Assembly (NCBI GenBank): GCA_900539165.1
Contig: UQAZ01000002.1
Coordinates: forward strand, 13,559 to 77,558
Length of the DNA stretch: 64,000 bases
Source of the DNA: an uncultured Oscillospiraceae bacterium
GTDB taxonomy: Bacteria > Bacillota > Clostridia > Oscillospirales > Acutalibacteraceae
Reading direction: 5' to 3'
The stretch's first letter is position 1. Each line of letters starts with the position of its first letter. The notes beneath the pieces were generated by a model. It saw nothing but the letters and a program-made list of their open reading frames with translations, searched no databases and was not told the origin of the DNA. Position numbers and translations under genes: made by a program. Shown piece by piece: positions 30,319-39,369 of this stretch.

Positions 30319-30713
30319 TATTCTGCCGCCTCGCCCTTAACGAGCGCACCCAGCACTCCGTTGATAAACGAATAATCGGACTCACCCGAATACTTCTTTG
30401 CAAGCTCTACCGCCTCATTAATCGCTACACTTGCAGGTACTTCGTCAACATAAAGGATTTCGTACACGGCAAGTCTTAAAATAGCAAGATTAACCTTTGG
30501 CAATCTTTTTACTTTCCAACACTTTGAATACTTTTCGATAAGGTTGTCCAAATCGTCTGTTTTAAGCGATACTCCGTCTGCGACACTTCTTGCGTACTCG
30601 CCGACAGACGCTATGTTTTCTTCATAAATTTCCAAACTGCTGTCAGAGTTAAACATTGACTGAAAGACCAAGCAGAATGCCTGTTCTCTCTCTTGGGACC
30701 TTTTCATTACCAT
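30318..30713 (-). CDS. nusB: Transcription antitermination factor NusB
   Basis: RS.ARE.AF...Y......L.......AILRLA.YEI.Y.DEVP..VAINEAVELAK.Y is the NusB helical fold signature. 131 aa. Confidence 0.9.
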   Translation of the reverse strand: MVMKRSQEREQAFCLVFQSMFNSDSSLEIYEENIASVGEYARSVADGVSLKTDDLDNLIEKYSKCWKVKRLPKVNLAILRLAVYEILYVDEVPASVAINEAVELAKKYSGESDYSFINGVLGALVKGEAAE

Positions 30714-30726
30714 AAATATTCTCCTA

Positions 30727-30760
30727 AATAAAAATACCGACTCCTTATTAAAGAGTCGGC
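30727..30760 (-). terminator. Intrinsic terminator downstream of asp23
   Basis: Minus-strand hairpin CCGACTC-loop-GAGTCGG followed by the T-rich TATTTTTATTT. Confidence 0.4.
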
Positions 30761-30769
30761 AACAAATAA

Positions 30770-31162
30770 TTATTCTTCACTTGTTAAAGGTGCTTTAGAG
30801 TCGCCGGACTCGGGAAAATCAATTCCTGCAATAATAACATTAACCTTATCTACCTTTTTGCCGGTCATATTTTCTATTGCCTCACGAACTGATGACTGAA
30901 TATTCTCGCTGACGGTTTTAATCTTCTTATTAGGGAGAAGATTAATATAAATGCTGACATCCATACTGTCACCGTTTTGAGTAATTCTGACAGGACTCAT
31001 AACCTTTAGGCTGCCTTTTTTAATTGTGCTAACCATATCAAAAGGTTTATTGGAAAATGAGCCGACGCCGTCGACATCTTTAGCTGCATTAATAGCAATG
31101 GAGGAAAGAGCCTCCTGCGATATAATCAAATTACCGTTTTCGCTGTTTTTAATAATTTCCAT
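30770..31162 (-). CDS. Asp23/Gls24 family alkaline shock protein
   Basis: The I.I...AL..IA..AA..V.GV segment and overall length (130 aa) match the Asp23 family. It is the conserved neighbour of nusB (yqhY position in Bacillus). Confidence 0.85.
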   Translation of the reverse strand: MEIIKNSENGNLIISQEALSSIAINAAKDVDGVGSFSNKPFDMVSTIKKGSLKVMSPVRITQNGDSMDVSIYINLLPNKKIKTVSENIQSSVREAIENMTGKKVDKVNVIIAGIDFPESGDSKAPLTSEE

Positions 31163-31186
31163 AGGTACAACTCCTTTAATGCTGTT

Positions 31187-31215
31187 ATTATAACATAAAA
31201 GGAATATTTATACAA
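31187..31215 (-). promoter_or_regulatory. Sigma-A-type promoter for asp23
   Basis: On the minus strand: TTGTAT (31215-31210), a 17-nt spacer, TATAAT (31192-31187). An AAGGAG RBS lies before the ATG at 31162. Confidence 0.4.
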
Positions 31216-31246
31216 GTGTTAATTATAATAATAAATACAAACCGGA

Positions 31247-31936
31247 TTATTCCTGTGCCGAAGTCTTTGAGGACGACTGAACTATGGAAACATTATCAAA
31301 GCTGCAACCGCTTTGCGCCATTGCAATATCTTTAATCTGCATAATCAGCGTATCGCTCAACTCGTCTACATCAACAATTACATCCACCCTGCTCGAATCC
31401 TCATTGATTACAGCCAAGCAGTTTTTCACACCCTTAGCGCAAACAAGAGTTTCGATTTTGTTTTCATTTGCGATACAGGCGGAAATCTTAGCAATTCCTT
31501 GTGCCGCTTCTTTTTTGACCTCTTCGCTCTCGTCTGCGTTATCAAGCAATGCCTGAAGTTTTTCGAGAGAAGCATCCCTTGTACTTTGACGCTCCACCCT
31601 TGCAGACGAAAAATAACTGCTCTCCTCGCTCACTGAGGTTGTGGCATCGACAAGCTCTGCTTTACCGAGAGTTTTTTGTGCGGCGGAATCCAACAGGGGT
31701 TGAATCGGAGAGGACGCGTCTGTGTTTTCATAATACCAATTACCCATTACTCCGACAGCAAGCACAAATGCAAACGCCAATACTGCGCCTGCGAATTTTC
31801 TGCGTTTTTTTCTATCCTTTTTATCGTCCGGATTTTCTCTGAGTGTGTTTTCCTCGTCAAAAATTGACTGCGTGCTTTCGTTTTCCTGCATAGTCTGCAT
31901 TTCAAGCTCGTAATCGTTTAATTCTTCATTTGCCAT
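31247..31936 (-). CDS. spoIIIAH: Stage III sporulation protein AH
   Basis: Last gene of the eight-gene array. It has an acidic N-terminus, one TM helix (AGAVLAFAFVLAVGVMGNWYY) and a C-terminal YscJ/FliF-like domain. The call rests on position and architecture. Confidence 0.65.
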   Translation of the reverse strand: MANEELNDYELEMQTMQENESTQSIFDEENTLRENPDDKKDRKKRRKFAGAVLAFAFVLAVGVMGNWYYENTDASSPIQPLLDSAAQKTLGKAELVDATTSVSEESSYFSSARVERQSTRDASLEKLQALLDNADESEEVKKEAAQGIAKISACIANENKIETLVCAKGVKNCLAVINEDSSRVDVIVDVDELSDTLIMQIKDIAMAQSGCSFDNVSIVQSSSKTSAQE

Positions 31937-31940
31937 AAAA

Positions 31941-32468
31941 TCACCTATTCATCCTTGAAACAGAAATTTTTGTGGTGGGTAATCCAAACAGGGCTGATAC
32001 GCTCGAAATTACCCGTTCTCTTACAACAACATCATCTGCGCCCGCACAAACAATGGCAACACCCTTGACCTTGGGAAAATACTGCTTAATCAAAACAGGC
32101 GTATCGTTGTTATTGTCCTCATATAATACATATTCACTCTTTTTTGAATAAGAACCGGAAGATGCGTTTTCATCGGTATTTTTTGCAAAAACGCTTTCAT
32201 CGGTCTGCTCCAAGGTTATCATAACCTTGCATTTTCCGACCCCGTCAATTGAGGAAATTATTTCGGCGGTTCTGCTCTCAAGCTCAGAAGCATAGGTGCT
32301 GTAATCCACCTCATCGGCGGTTTTTTTTGCCTTTGCGTCCGAGGAAGCGGGTACAAATTCGGAGAGCAAAATAAGTGCAATACCGAGAAAGCCGACAATC
32401 ATAATTATTTTTTTCTTATCCGCACCGTTAGTAATTGATTTTAGAATTTCCTTAATTTTATTCACCAA
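31941..32468 (-). CDS. spoIIIAG: Stage III sporulation protein AG
   Basis: N-terminal TM helix, and the C-terminal pattern GVGK..VMI.......VFA.N...............VKGV.IV..GADD..V...I...V..LFG....KISV typical of SpoIIIAG. Confidence 0.75.
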   Translation of the reverse strand: MVNKIKEILKSITNGADKKKIIMIVGFLGIALILLSEFVPASSDAKAKKTADEVDYSTYASELESRTAEIISSIDGVGKCKVMITLEQTDESVFAKNTDENASSGSYSKKSEYVLYEDNNNDTPVLIKQYFPKVKGVAIVCAGADDVVVRERVISSVSALFGLPTTKISVSRMNR

Positions 32469-32904
32469 TATGTATCACCCTTACATTCAATGAAAGTTCA
32501 TCGTAAACAACCTGCTTTATTTCTTCACAATCGTAATCATCACCCACCGTAACGGTCACATCGTCAAGCACGATTTCATTATCCGCATTAGCCTGCGACG
32601 AGCATAACACCCTTGCGTTATCAATGCCTCGCTCTGATAAAACCCTTTTAATTTCCCGTTCGACGACAGAATTCGCTATACTGTTTGTATTATCGACAAC
32701 CACGGCAGGCACATTTTCAAAATCAAATTTAACATCAGACAAATCGAAATTTGAAAACGGATACAAAAAAGAAGCAAAAATAAAAACAGAAATGACGGTC
32801 TTATACATTCTGCCGCTGCTACCCGACGGAGAAAGCATAGAAAGGATAACGCAAAGAATGACGGTTGAGCAGACACAAAAAGTCCATTGTTTAATTATAT
32901 TCAA
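32458..32904 (-). CDS. spoIIIAF: Stage III sporulation protein AF
   Basis: Two N-terminal TM helices and a small soluble domain. Its position between the AE and AG homologs supports the call. Confidence 0.6.
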   Translation of the reverse strand: MNIIKQWTFCVCSTVILCVILSMLSPSGSSGRMYKTVISVFIFASFLYPFSNFDLSDVKFDFENVPAVVVDNTNSIANSVVEREIKRVLSERGIDNARVLCSSQANADNEIVLDDVTVTVGDDYDCEEIKQVVYDELSLNVRVIHIGE

Positions 32905-34031
32905 TTCGCACCGCCTCCTGCCGCAACCAAAATTCCTATGGAAATTACGGTAGTAACCATAGTTAAAATCAATATAACATTTGTCAGCAAAAGTGCCTGT
33001 TCAAAGGCATCAAGCACAGATGAAACGGAGCCGTCGGAGAAAACTTGGGCAATTATAGAGCAGAGAGAAAGTGCAATTCTCCACACCACCACCTCAATCA
33101 ACGCAGGCAAAAACACAAGCACGACCGCAACAATTCCGACCACTCCGACGCTGCTTTTAATAAGCGAGGAATACGCTTGAATAGACAGTAATCCCTCGCT
33201 TATTGACGAGCCGATAACCGGCACGACAGAATTAACGGCAAAGCGAATTGACCTAAGACCGAGCATATCCGCCCGAGAGGCTACGGCGGTTTTAACAGAC
33301 AAAATCGAAACAAAAACTCCGCAGAGAAAAGATATACAAGTTGTAATAATTCTTTTAAGCGTTGAAACGAGTTTGGTAAGGTGAAGTTCATATCTGAGTG
33401 ACGAGCAAACACCGAGAGCCAAAAAACAATTAACGCACGGCATAAAGACATTTGACGCAAGAAAAGACATTCCCTGAGAGAGCGTAAGGAGCATAGTGTT
33501 TGTTGACAAGCCTACTGCTCCCGAGCCTGAGGCAACGACAATCATACAAAACACGGGAACAAAAGCATAAATGAAATTACCCGCAACCGAAACAGAGCCT
33601 ACACAAGCGGCTATGGTAGGGGTTAATTTCGACAAAACTACCGTCGTTATAACCAATGCGCTGACTGTGGAATAAGCCTTTGCAGTAGAACCGTTATCAC
33701 CCTCTGTAAAGGATTGCATAAAGCAGGACAAAATAACGAATATCAGCACCGTAATGCAAGACTTGAGAGGAACGGCAGACCTATCCTTAATCACTGTGCC
33801 TATCATTTTGAGAGCCTTATCAAATGAAAGTGATGTGATTGAGGTGTAGTCGAAATCGGCAAATCCGAGTTCTTGCAATGTATCGTATGTATCGGAGTCT
33901 AAAGTCTTTTCAAAAAACGAAAAATCATACTCCGAGAGCGTTTCGTCATATTCCCGTGCATTGAAATCCTGAGCCGTCACAGTACAGGGTATGAGCAAAA
34001 AAAGCACAAGAGAAAATAAAAATTTTTTCAT
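32901..34031 (-). CDS. spoIIIAE: Stage III sporulation protein AE
   Basis: Signal peptide plus a polytopic membrane protein of 376 aa in the AE position, with overlapping start and stop codons on both sides. Confidence 0.75.
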   Translation of the reverse strand: MKKFLFSLVLFLLIPCTVTAQDFNAREYDETLSEYDFSFFEKTLDSDTYDTLQELGFADFDYTSITSLSFDKALKMIGTVIKDRSAVPLKSCITVLIFVILSCFMQSFTEGDNGSTAKAYSTVSALVITTVVLSKLTPTIAACVGSVSVAGNFIYAFVPVFCMIVVASGSGAVGLSTNTMLLTLSQGMSFLASNVFMPCVNCFLALGVCSSLRYELHLTKLVSTLKRIITTCISFLCGVFVSILSVKTAVASRADMLGLRSIRFAVNSVVPVIGSSISEGLLSIQAYSSLIKSSVGVVGIVAVVLVFLPALIEVVVWRIALSLCSIIAQVFSDGSVSSVLDAFEQALLLTNVILILTMVTTVISIGILVAAGGGAN

Positions 34032-34408
34032 TTTACCAGTCCAATTACTACATTAAGCACCGCCTCGAAAAGAGGCATAATCATTGAAATTATAACTATC
34101 CTGCTCCCCGTTTCAACAAATGATGCGAGCGCATTTTCCCCGTTATCACGACAGGCATCACAGGTAAAGGCGGTTATCAAAGAAACGCAGAGTATTTTAA
34201 GCATCAGTCTGACATACGAAACAGAAGCAGGGGCAAAATCGCTGAGAGTGATGATTTTGGAAAATAAATCATACACCTTGTCCGATACGCACAGAAAAGC
34301 CAAAACGCCTCCTGCGAGCGACAGCACAAAAGAAAAAGCTTTATTTTCCTGCTTCAGCATCACGCTGCAAAGCAAAACGCAAAACGAAATTCCTATCAGC
34401 TTAGCCAT
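34028..34408 (-). CDS. spoIIIAD: Stage III sporulation protein AD
   Basis: 126-aa protein with four TM helices in the AD position. Confidence 0.7.
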   Translation of the reverse strand: MAKLIGISFCVLLCSVMLKQENKAFSFVLSLAGGVLAFLCVSDKVYDLFSKIITLSDFAPASVSYVRLMLKILCVSLITAFTCDACRDNGENALASFVETGSRIVIISMIMPLFEAVLNVVIGLVK

Positions 34409-34410
34409 AA

Positions 34411-34605
34411 CTATAAATCGAACAAGTCCTTGACGGTTGAAAACAAATCTTTAATCTGCGGTACAAGCATCATCAGCACAACCACAACTCCGGCAAGTGT
34501 TGTAAGCATCGCTTGGTCGTCTCGTCCCGAGCGAACAAGGAGAGTATTCAGCACGGCAACGATAATTCCTATTGCCGCTATCTTGAAAATAAAATTAACT
34601 TCCAT
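34411..34605 (-). CDS. spoIIIAC: Stage III sporulation protein AC
   Basis: 64-aa protein with two TM helices, MEVNFIFKIAAIGIIVAVLNTLL.RSGRDDQAMLTTLAG, which is SpoIIIAC-like. Confidence 0.8.
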   Translation of the reverse strand: MEVNFIFKIAAIGIIVAVLNTLLVRSGRDDQAMLTTLAGVVVVLMMLVPQIKDLFSTVKDLFDL

Positions 34606-34615
34606 ATGTCACACC

Positions 34616-35089
34616 TCATATCAGCATAAGCGATACCACGCAACCGACTGAGAGGCAGAGCGTGAAATAAAGCCTTGATTTTGATTTACATACATATTCA
34701 TATTCCTTTTTTCTTTCCTCTATGTATGAAGAAAAAAAGTCGATTTCGTCAAGCTGTGCCTGAACATCAAAGCTGCCGAGATTTGAAAGAAAATCACAAA
34801 TACGCTTATTATCGTCACCCTTTAGCACGCAACAGCAAATGTCACCGTCTTTATAAAAATCGGATTTAATAAACGAAATATCGCAAAGAGACGGATTGTC
34901 TGCAAATTCAGATATAAGTACATCAAGCGGTGTTCTGCGAGTTGAAATATCCGTTTTTAACAAATTACAAAAAATCAACAGTTCCTCACAAATTTTCACT
35001 CGTTCACGGGCAAGCGTCACAAGATATATCCCACTCATTACCGATGAGCCTATTATCATCAACGCACCTATTATCTTCAAAAAATTCAC
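34616..35089 (-). CDS. spoIIIAB: Stage III sporulation protein AB
   Basis: The N-terminus MNFLKIIGALMIIGSSVMSGIYLV...ERVKICEELLI aligns position-for-position with Bacillus SpoIIIAB (MLKLLGAVFIV...G.E.AK.Y.ERPRQIRQL). Confidence 0.8.
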   Translation of the reverse strand: MNFLKIIGALMIIGSSVMSGIYLVTLARERVKICEELLIFCNLLKTDISTRRTPLDVLISEFADNPSLCDISFIKSDFYKDGDICCCVLKGDDNKRICDFLSNLGSFDVQAQLDEIDFFSSYIEERKKEYEYVCKSKSRLYFTLCLSVGCVVSLMLI

Positions 35090-35996
35090 CGTCCGTTATT
35101 TTACAAATTTTATATTTGAAACCCTTATCAATAAAAATTATGTAGCTGAATTCGCCGTATGACAAAAGCTCGGCAACGGCTTTTTTTCGTCTCAATTCAT
35201 CTATACTTCCTGCGTGCAGAGACAAAATAAATTTAACACCGCAGGAAAACGCATATGAAATTGCTCTTAGTTTCGACTGCTTTGACACCTCGTCAAGTAT
35301 TATCACATCGGGAGACAGCGTTCTTGAGGCAACTTCAATGCCTGCCGTTTTAGGAAAACAAGTAAGGACATCGGTATTATCTCCGACATCGGCAGTAAGC
35401 ACATTGCCTTTTTTTGCACCTATTTCGTTACGCTCGTCAACAACGGCAACCTTATACATCTTGTCCGACAAATTGCGGGCAAGGTCACGAAGCAGAGTGG
35501 TTTTTCCGCCGGAAACGGCAGAGGCAACTATTACACTTTTAACTCCGTCACTAAACAAAGCATTGCAAAGACTGTTGCTGCACCCTTTAACCTGACGGGG
35601 TATTCTGATATTCAAAGAAACAGCGTCCTTTACCGAAATGACACGCCCCTCGTCTGCTACGGCTGTAAGACAGACACCCACCCTTGCGCCGTTTGACAGA
35701 GTAAGATAGCCCCGTCTTAAAGTATCGGCATTTGAATAAAGCGAATAACTGCAAAGCTTCTTAAACACCGAATCAAAATCACGCTCGTGAATAAGCACGG
35801 TATTTTCTTTAGGGCAATCGGACAAAGCACCGTTATTCAAAAGATAAAAGCATTTGCCGTTAAGGCACAATATAACCGCCTTGTCCCTCCTTAGTCTGAG
35901 TTCAAAAACAGACCGTTTGGCTTCTTCGTCCATATTTTTTAACGCAGTACATAAATCGAACGGCAGATATTCGTAAAGAAAGTCAATATCGTTCAC
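35004..35996 (-). CDS. spoIIIAA: Stage III sporulation protein AA (secretion-type ATPase)
   Basis: Walker A motif SAVSGGKTTLLRDLAR and a Walker B-like VIILDEV. 330 aa, first gene of the array. The ORF start is GTG at 35996 behind an AGGTGAT RBS. The 3' end overlaps spoIIIAB by 86 nt. Confidence 0.8.
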   Translation of the reverse strand: MNDIDFLYEYLPFDLCTALKNMDEEAKRSVFELRLRRDKAVILCLNGKCFYLLNNGALSDCPKENTVLIHERDFDSVFKKLCSYSLYSNADTLRRGYLTLSNGARVGVCLTAVADEGRVISVKDAVSLNIRIPRQVKGCSNSLCNALFSDGVKSVIVASAVSGGKTTLLRDLARNLSDKMYKVAVVDERNEIGAKKGNVLTADVGDNTDVLTCFPKTAGIEVASRTLSPDVIILDEVSKQSKLRAISYAFSCGVKFILSLHAGSIDELRRKKAVAELLSYGEFSYIIFIDKGFKYKICKITDGEFFEDNRCVDDNRLIGNEWDISCDACP

Positions 35997-36015
35997 GCTA
36001 TCACCTACACAAATC

Positions 36016-36050
36016 TATGAGGTAAAAAGTCAAAATATTACAATGCGGTA
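36016..36050 (-). promoter_or_regulatory. Candidate sporulation-sigma (sigma-E-like) promoter for the spoIIIA operon
   Basis: On the minus strand: GTAATATT, a 14-nt spacer, then CATAGATT. This resembles the sigma-E consensus (ATATT, 14 nt, CATACA-T) and lies about 25-55 nt upstream of the spoIIIAA start. Confidence 0.3.
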
Positions 36051-36129
36051 AAAAAACAGATTAATTCATTGAACGAGGTGACATAATATGTTAAAATAAG
36101 ATAATTTATAATAAAGGTGACAGCACTAA

Positions 36130-39100
36130 ATGAATAACACAAATCAATTAAAGCAAGTAAAATCAAACAAGTACATTAATCCGCTGAGTGTCGGTTATAC
36201 ATTTTTCTTTATAATTTCGTTTTTTGTATTTTTAGTAGCAAAGCAGATAATGAAAACCGGCTTTGGCGCAGACGCAAAAATCGCATTACCGATTTCTGCG
36301 CTTATCGGAAGCGTTTTACTTTATCTGTTTGAGAAAAAATATGTTTTCAAATCATTAAACAAAAACAAAATACAAAAGCAGATACCGATGCTGATATTCA
36401 GAATTGCTGTTAGTTTCGGATTTTATAAAATTCTCGGTTTTCTCTTGACAGATTTAATGAAAGCCGACGAAACGATTGCTTTTGTAATATCAACGGCTTT
36501 GATTTATTTATTTAGCTATTTCTTTGACAGCGTTGTTTTATTCGATTCACGGCTTGATTGGAGCAATGCGCCTGCGACACGACTTTATAACACATTTTAT
36601 GAAAACAGATACATTGTGCTTTCGGGTGCTATGGCTTCGCTGATTATTTCTGTTACTTATATTATTTTCAACATCTTTCCGTACGGCGACATCAGCGTTT
36701 TGAAAATGGATTTATACCATCAATACGGTCCGTTGATGATGGAATTTTTTGACAGAGTTATTGAACATAAGAGCTTTTTATATTCGTGGGAGTCGGGCGG
36801 CGGCTCATCATTTTTGGGCAATTACTTCAACTATCTTTCAAGTCCGCTTTCTTTTTTAATCTTTCTTTTTGACAGAAACCAAATTGGTGATTCTATCAGC
36901 ACGATAGTTGCCATAAAGGCTGTTTTAAATGCGGTTGCATTCACCTACTACATTAAAAAAAGCCAAAATTCACACTCGGTAGGCAGTGCTTCATTTGGCG
37001 TTTTCTACGCATTTTCGGCTTATTTCTTTGCTTACTTTTGGAACATTATGTGGCTTGACGGAATGATATTCATTCCGCTTATCGCTCTCGGAATTGAAAA
37101 AATTATCAACGACGCAAAAAGCAAAACATACCTTATATCATTAGCATTGCTCTTTTATTGTAACTACTATATGGGATATATGGCTTGCATTTTCTCGGTT
37201 GTATATTTTCTCATTTACTACTTTTCAAAATACGATATGTTCAGCAAAAGAAGCACGCTTGACGAAAACTCAAACGGCTTAAAAGCAATTCTTAACAACA
37301 GATTTTTGGGCAGCGGATTACAATTTGCGTTATATTCGCTTTTGGCAGGCGCTCTTTGTGCATTCTTCCTGCTCCCTATTTACAATATCTTACAAAACAG
37401 TTCCGCAACCTCCGGCACATTTCCTAACGAAATGAAGGGATATTTTGACTTATTAAATCTGTTCACTTCGCATTTGGCAGGACTTGAAGCTACAATTCGT
37501 TCCTCGGGCGATGATGTGCTTCCTAACATCTACTGCGGTATTTTACCCCTGCTTTTAATGCCTTTATATTTAATCAACAGAAAGATAAGCATAAAAGAAA
37601 AGGCATCATATGTAATTATGCTTGTGTTCTTCGTGTTCAGTTTTGATAACAACTGTGCGGATTACATTTGGCACGGCTTTCATATGCCGAACGACTTACC
37701 GTTTAGATATTCGTTTATGTATGTGTTCATATTCCTGACAATGGCATACAAGGCATTTTTGAGAATAAAGGATATTGAATACAAGGATATAATGACAGTT
37801 GGTTTAATAGAGGTAGGAATAGTAATTTTACTTCAAAAATATCAAACAAACAAAATGACCTCATTTACAATCTATCTTTCGATAGCGTTGATAATAATTT
37901 GGACCTGTATGCTTTTGATTATCAGAGAAAAGAAAGCATCAAAAACATTTTTAAGCTTTGCTTTGATTTGTTTAGTATTCTCCGAATCATTAATTTGCGG
38001 CTGTACCGCATATAAATTCAGCGTACCGCAAACGCCGTACACAGATAATTTGCCAACCTACAAGCAAGCGACAAAATATCTTGACGACAACGATGACGGG
38101 TTTTACAGAACGGAGCTGACCGACCTCAAAACGAGAATGGACCCCTGCATTTACGGCTACAACGGAATGAGCGTATTTTCATCAATGGCATATGAAAATT
38201 ACAGTCAATGTCAGTATTCTCTCGGCTTATACGGCAACAGAATCAACTCATACACCTATAATCCGCAAACCCCTGTTTACAATATGATGTACGGATTAAA
38301 GTATCTTATCAAAGCGAGAAGCACGCAAGACCTATCGCCGATATACTTTAAGCACATTTACACCACGCAGGATTCAAAGGAAACGGAAATTTACGAAAAC
38401 AGATATTTCTTGCCTATCGGATTTGAGGTAAGCGAAGAAGTAAAGAATTGGGACAACTCGGAGGGTAACCCGTTTGATGTTCAGGAGGATTTGATTGACA
38501 AAGCCGCAGGTGTAAGCAATGTATTTGTTCCTGTCAAATACACAGGCACGCAGACAATTTCGTCAGTCTGTGAGGACATTACGGAAAACGGCATATACCC
38601 GATAGCGACAACAGGCTCGGGAAGCATTGATGTTACCTTTGAGGCTCAGACCGATTCAAATGTCTACATTTACATTAAATCGGACGCAATAAAGAATGTA
38701 AATTATTATTGGGACAAGGGCGAGGAATCTGCTAACCAAAACATTGAGCAACCGTATATTTACGACCTCGGCTACCACAAAGCAGGCGAACAAATCAAGG
38801 CTTCTCTCGACCTTGCAGGCTCGGACGAGGGCGGTGCTTCGCTGAACGTTTACGCATACAGCATAGACAACGATGTTCTTCAAAGCGCATATGATACACT
38901 AAAGGAGTGCCAGTTTGATGTAACAAAGCTCAGCGACACGAAGCTTGAGGGTACAATAAACGCAGGATATAACGGATATATTTACACATCAATTCCATAT
39001 GACAGCGGATGGAAGGTGTATGTTGACTCACAGCAGGTAACTCCCGAGGCATTGGGCAAGGGCAGAAAAGAAATGAGCGACACCGACACCTGCCAGCTTA

Positions 39101-39240
39101 TCATTCCGATTACTCAGGGCGAGCATACGATTAAGTTAAAATACAGTCCGAACGGCATCTGGCAAGGTGCATTAATAAGTGCAGGTGCTTTAGTCGTTTT
39201 GATTGTGATTGAAATGATAAAAAGAAAGCGAAAAAATTAA
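36130..39240 (+). CDS. Fusion protein: an N-terminal GtrA-like 4-TM domain plus a YfhO-family (GT-C fold) membrane glycosyltransferase
   Basis: aa ~20-140 form four TM helices with a GtrA-like motif YLFEKKYVF (vs Y..N+.WTF). The rest (~900 aa) has the many TM helices and large C-terminal extracytoplasmic domain of YfhO-type proteins. 1036 aa in total. Confidence 0.65.
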   Translation: MNNTNQLKQVKSNKYINPLSVGYTFFFIISFFVFLVAKQIMKTGFGADAKIALPISALIGSVLLYLFEKKYVFKSLNKNKIQKQIPMLIFRIAVSFGFYKILGFLLTDLMKADETIAFVISTALIYLFSYFFDSVVLFDSRLDWSNAPATRLYNTFYENRYIVLSGAMASLIISVTYIIFNIFPYGDISVLKMDLYHQYGPLMMEFFDRVIEHKSFLYSWESGGGSSFLGNYFNYLSSPLSFLIFLFDRNQIGDSISTIVAIKAVLNAVAFTYYIKKSQNSHSVGSASFGVFYAFSAYFFAYFWNIMWLDGMIFIPLIALGIEKIINDAKSKTYLISLALLFYCNYYMGYMACIFSVVYFLIYYFSKYDMFSKRSTLDENSNGLKAILNNRFLGSGLQFALYSLLAGALCAFFLLPIYNILQNSSATSGTFPNEMKGYFDLLNLFTSHLAGLEATIRSSGDDVLPNIYCGILPLLLMPLYLINRKISIKEKASYVIMLVFFVFSFDNNCADYIWHGFHMPNDLPFRYSFMYVFIFLTMAYKAFLRIKDIEYKDIMTVGLIEVGIVILLQKYQTNKMTSFTIYLSIALIIIWTCMLLIIREKKASKTFLSFALICLVFSESLICGCTAYKFSVPQTPYTDNLPTYKQATKYLDDNDDGFYRTELTDLKTRMDPCIYGYNGMSVFSSMAYENYSQCQYSLGLYGNRINSYTYNPQTPVYNMMYGLKYLIKARSTQDLSPIYFKHIYTTQDSKETEIYENRYFLPIGFEVSEEVKNWDNSEGNPFDVQEDLIDKAAGVSNVFVPVKYTGTQTISSVCEDITENGIYPIATTGSGSIDVTFEAQTDSNVYIYIKSDAIKNVNYYWDKGEESANQNIEQPYIYDLGYHKAGEQIKASLDLAGSDEGGASLNVYAYSIDNDVLQSAYDTLKECQFDVTKLSDTKLEGTINAGYNGYIYTSIPYDSGWKVYVDSQQVTPEALGKGRKEMSDTDTCQLIIPITQGEHTIKLKYSPNGIWQGALISAGALVVLIVIEMIKRKRKN

Positions 39241-39369
39241 ATTTGTTTATATTATATAAATTTCATAAGATATAATTGTAAAATATCTATAAGGAATTTG
39301 TCAGTAAACGGTTTATTTTTGCGGTAAAATGTTGTAAAATGTATATACAAATCAGAGAGGAGCATCAAA

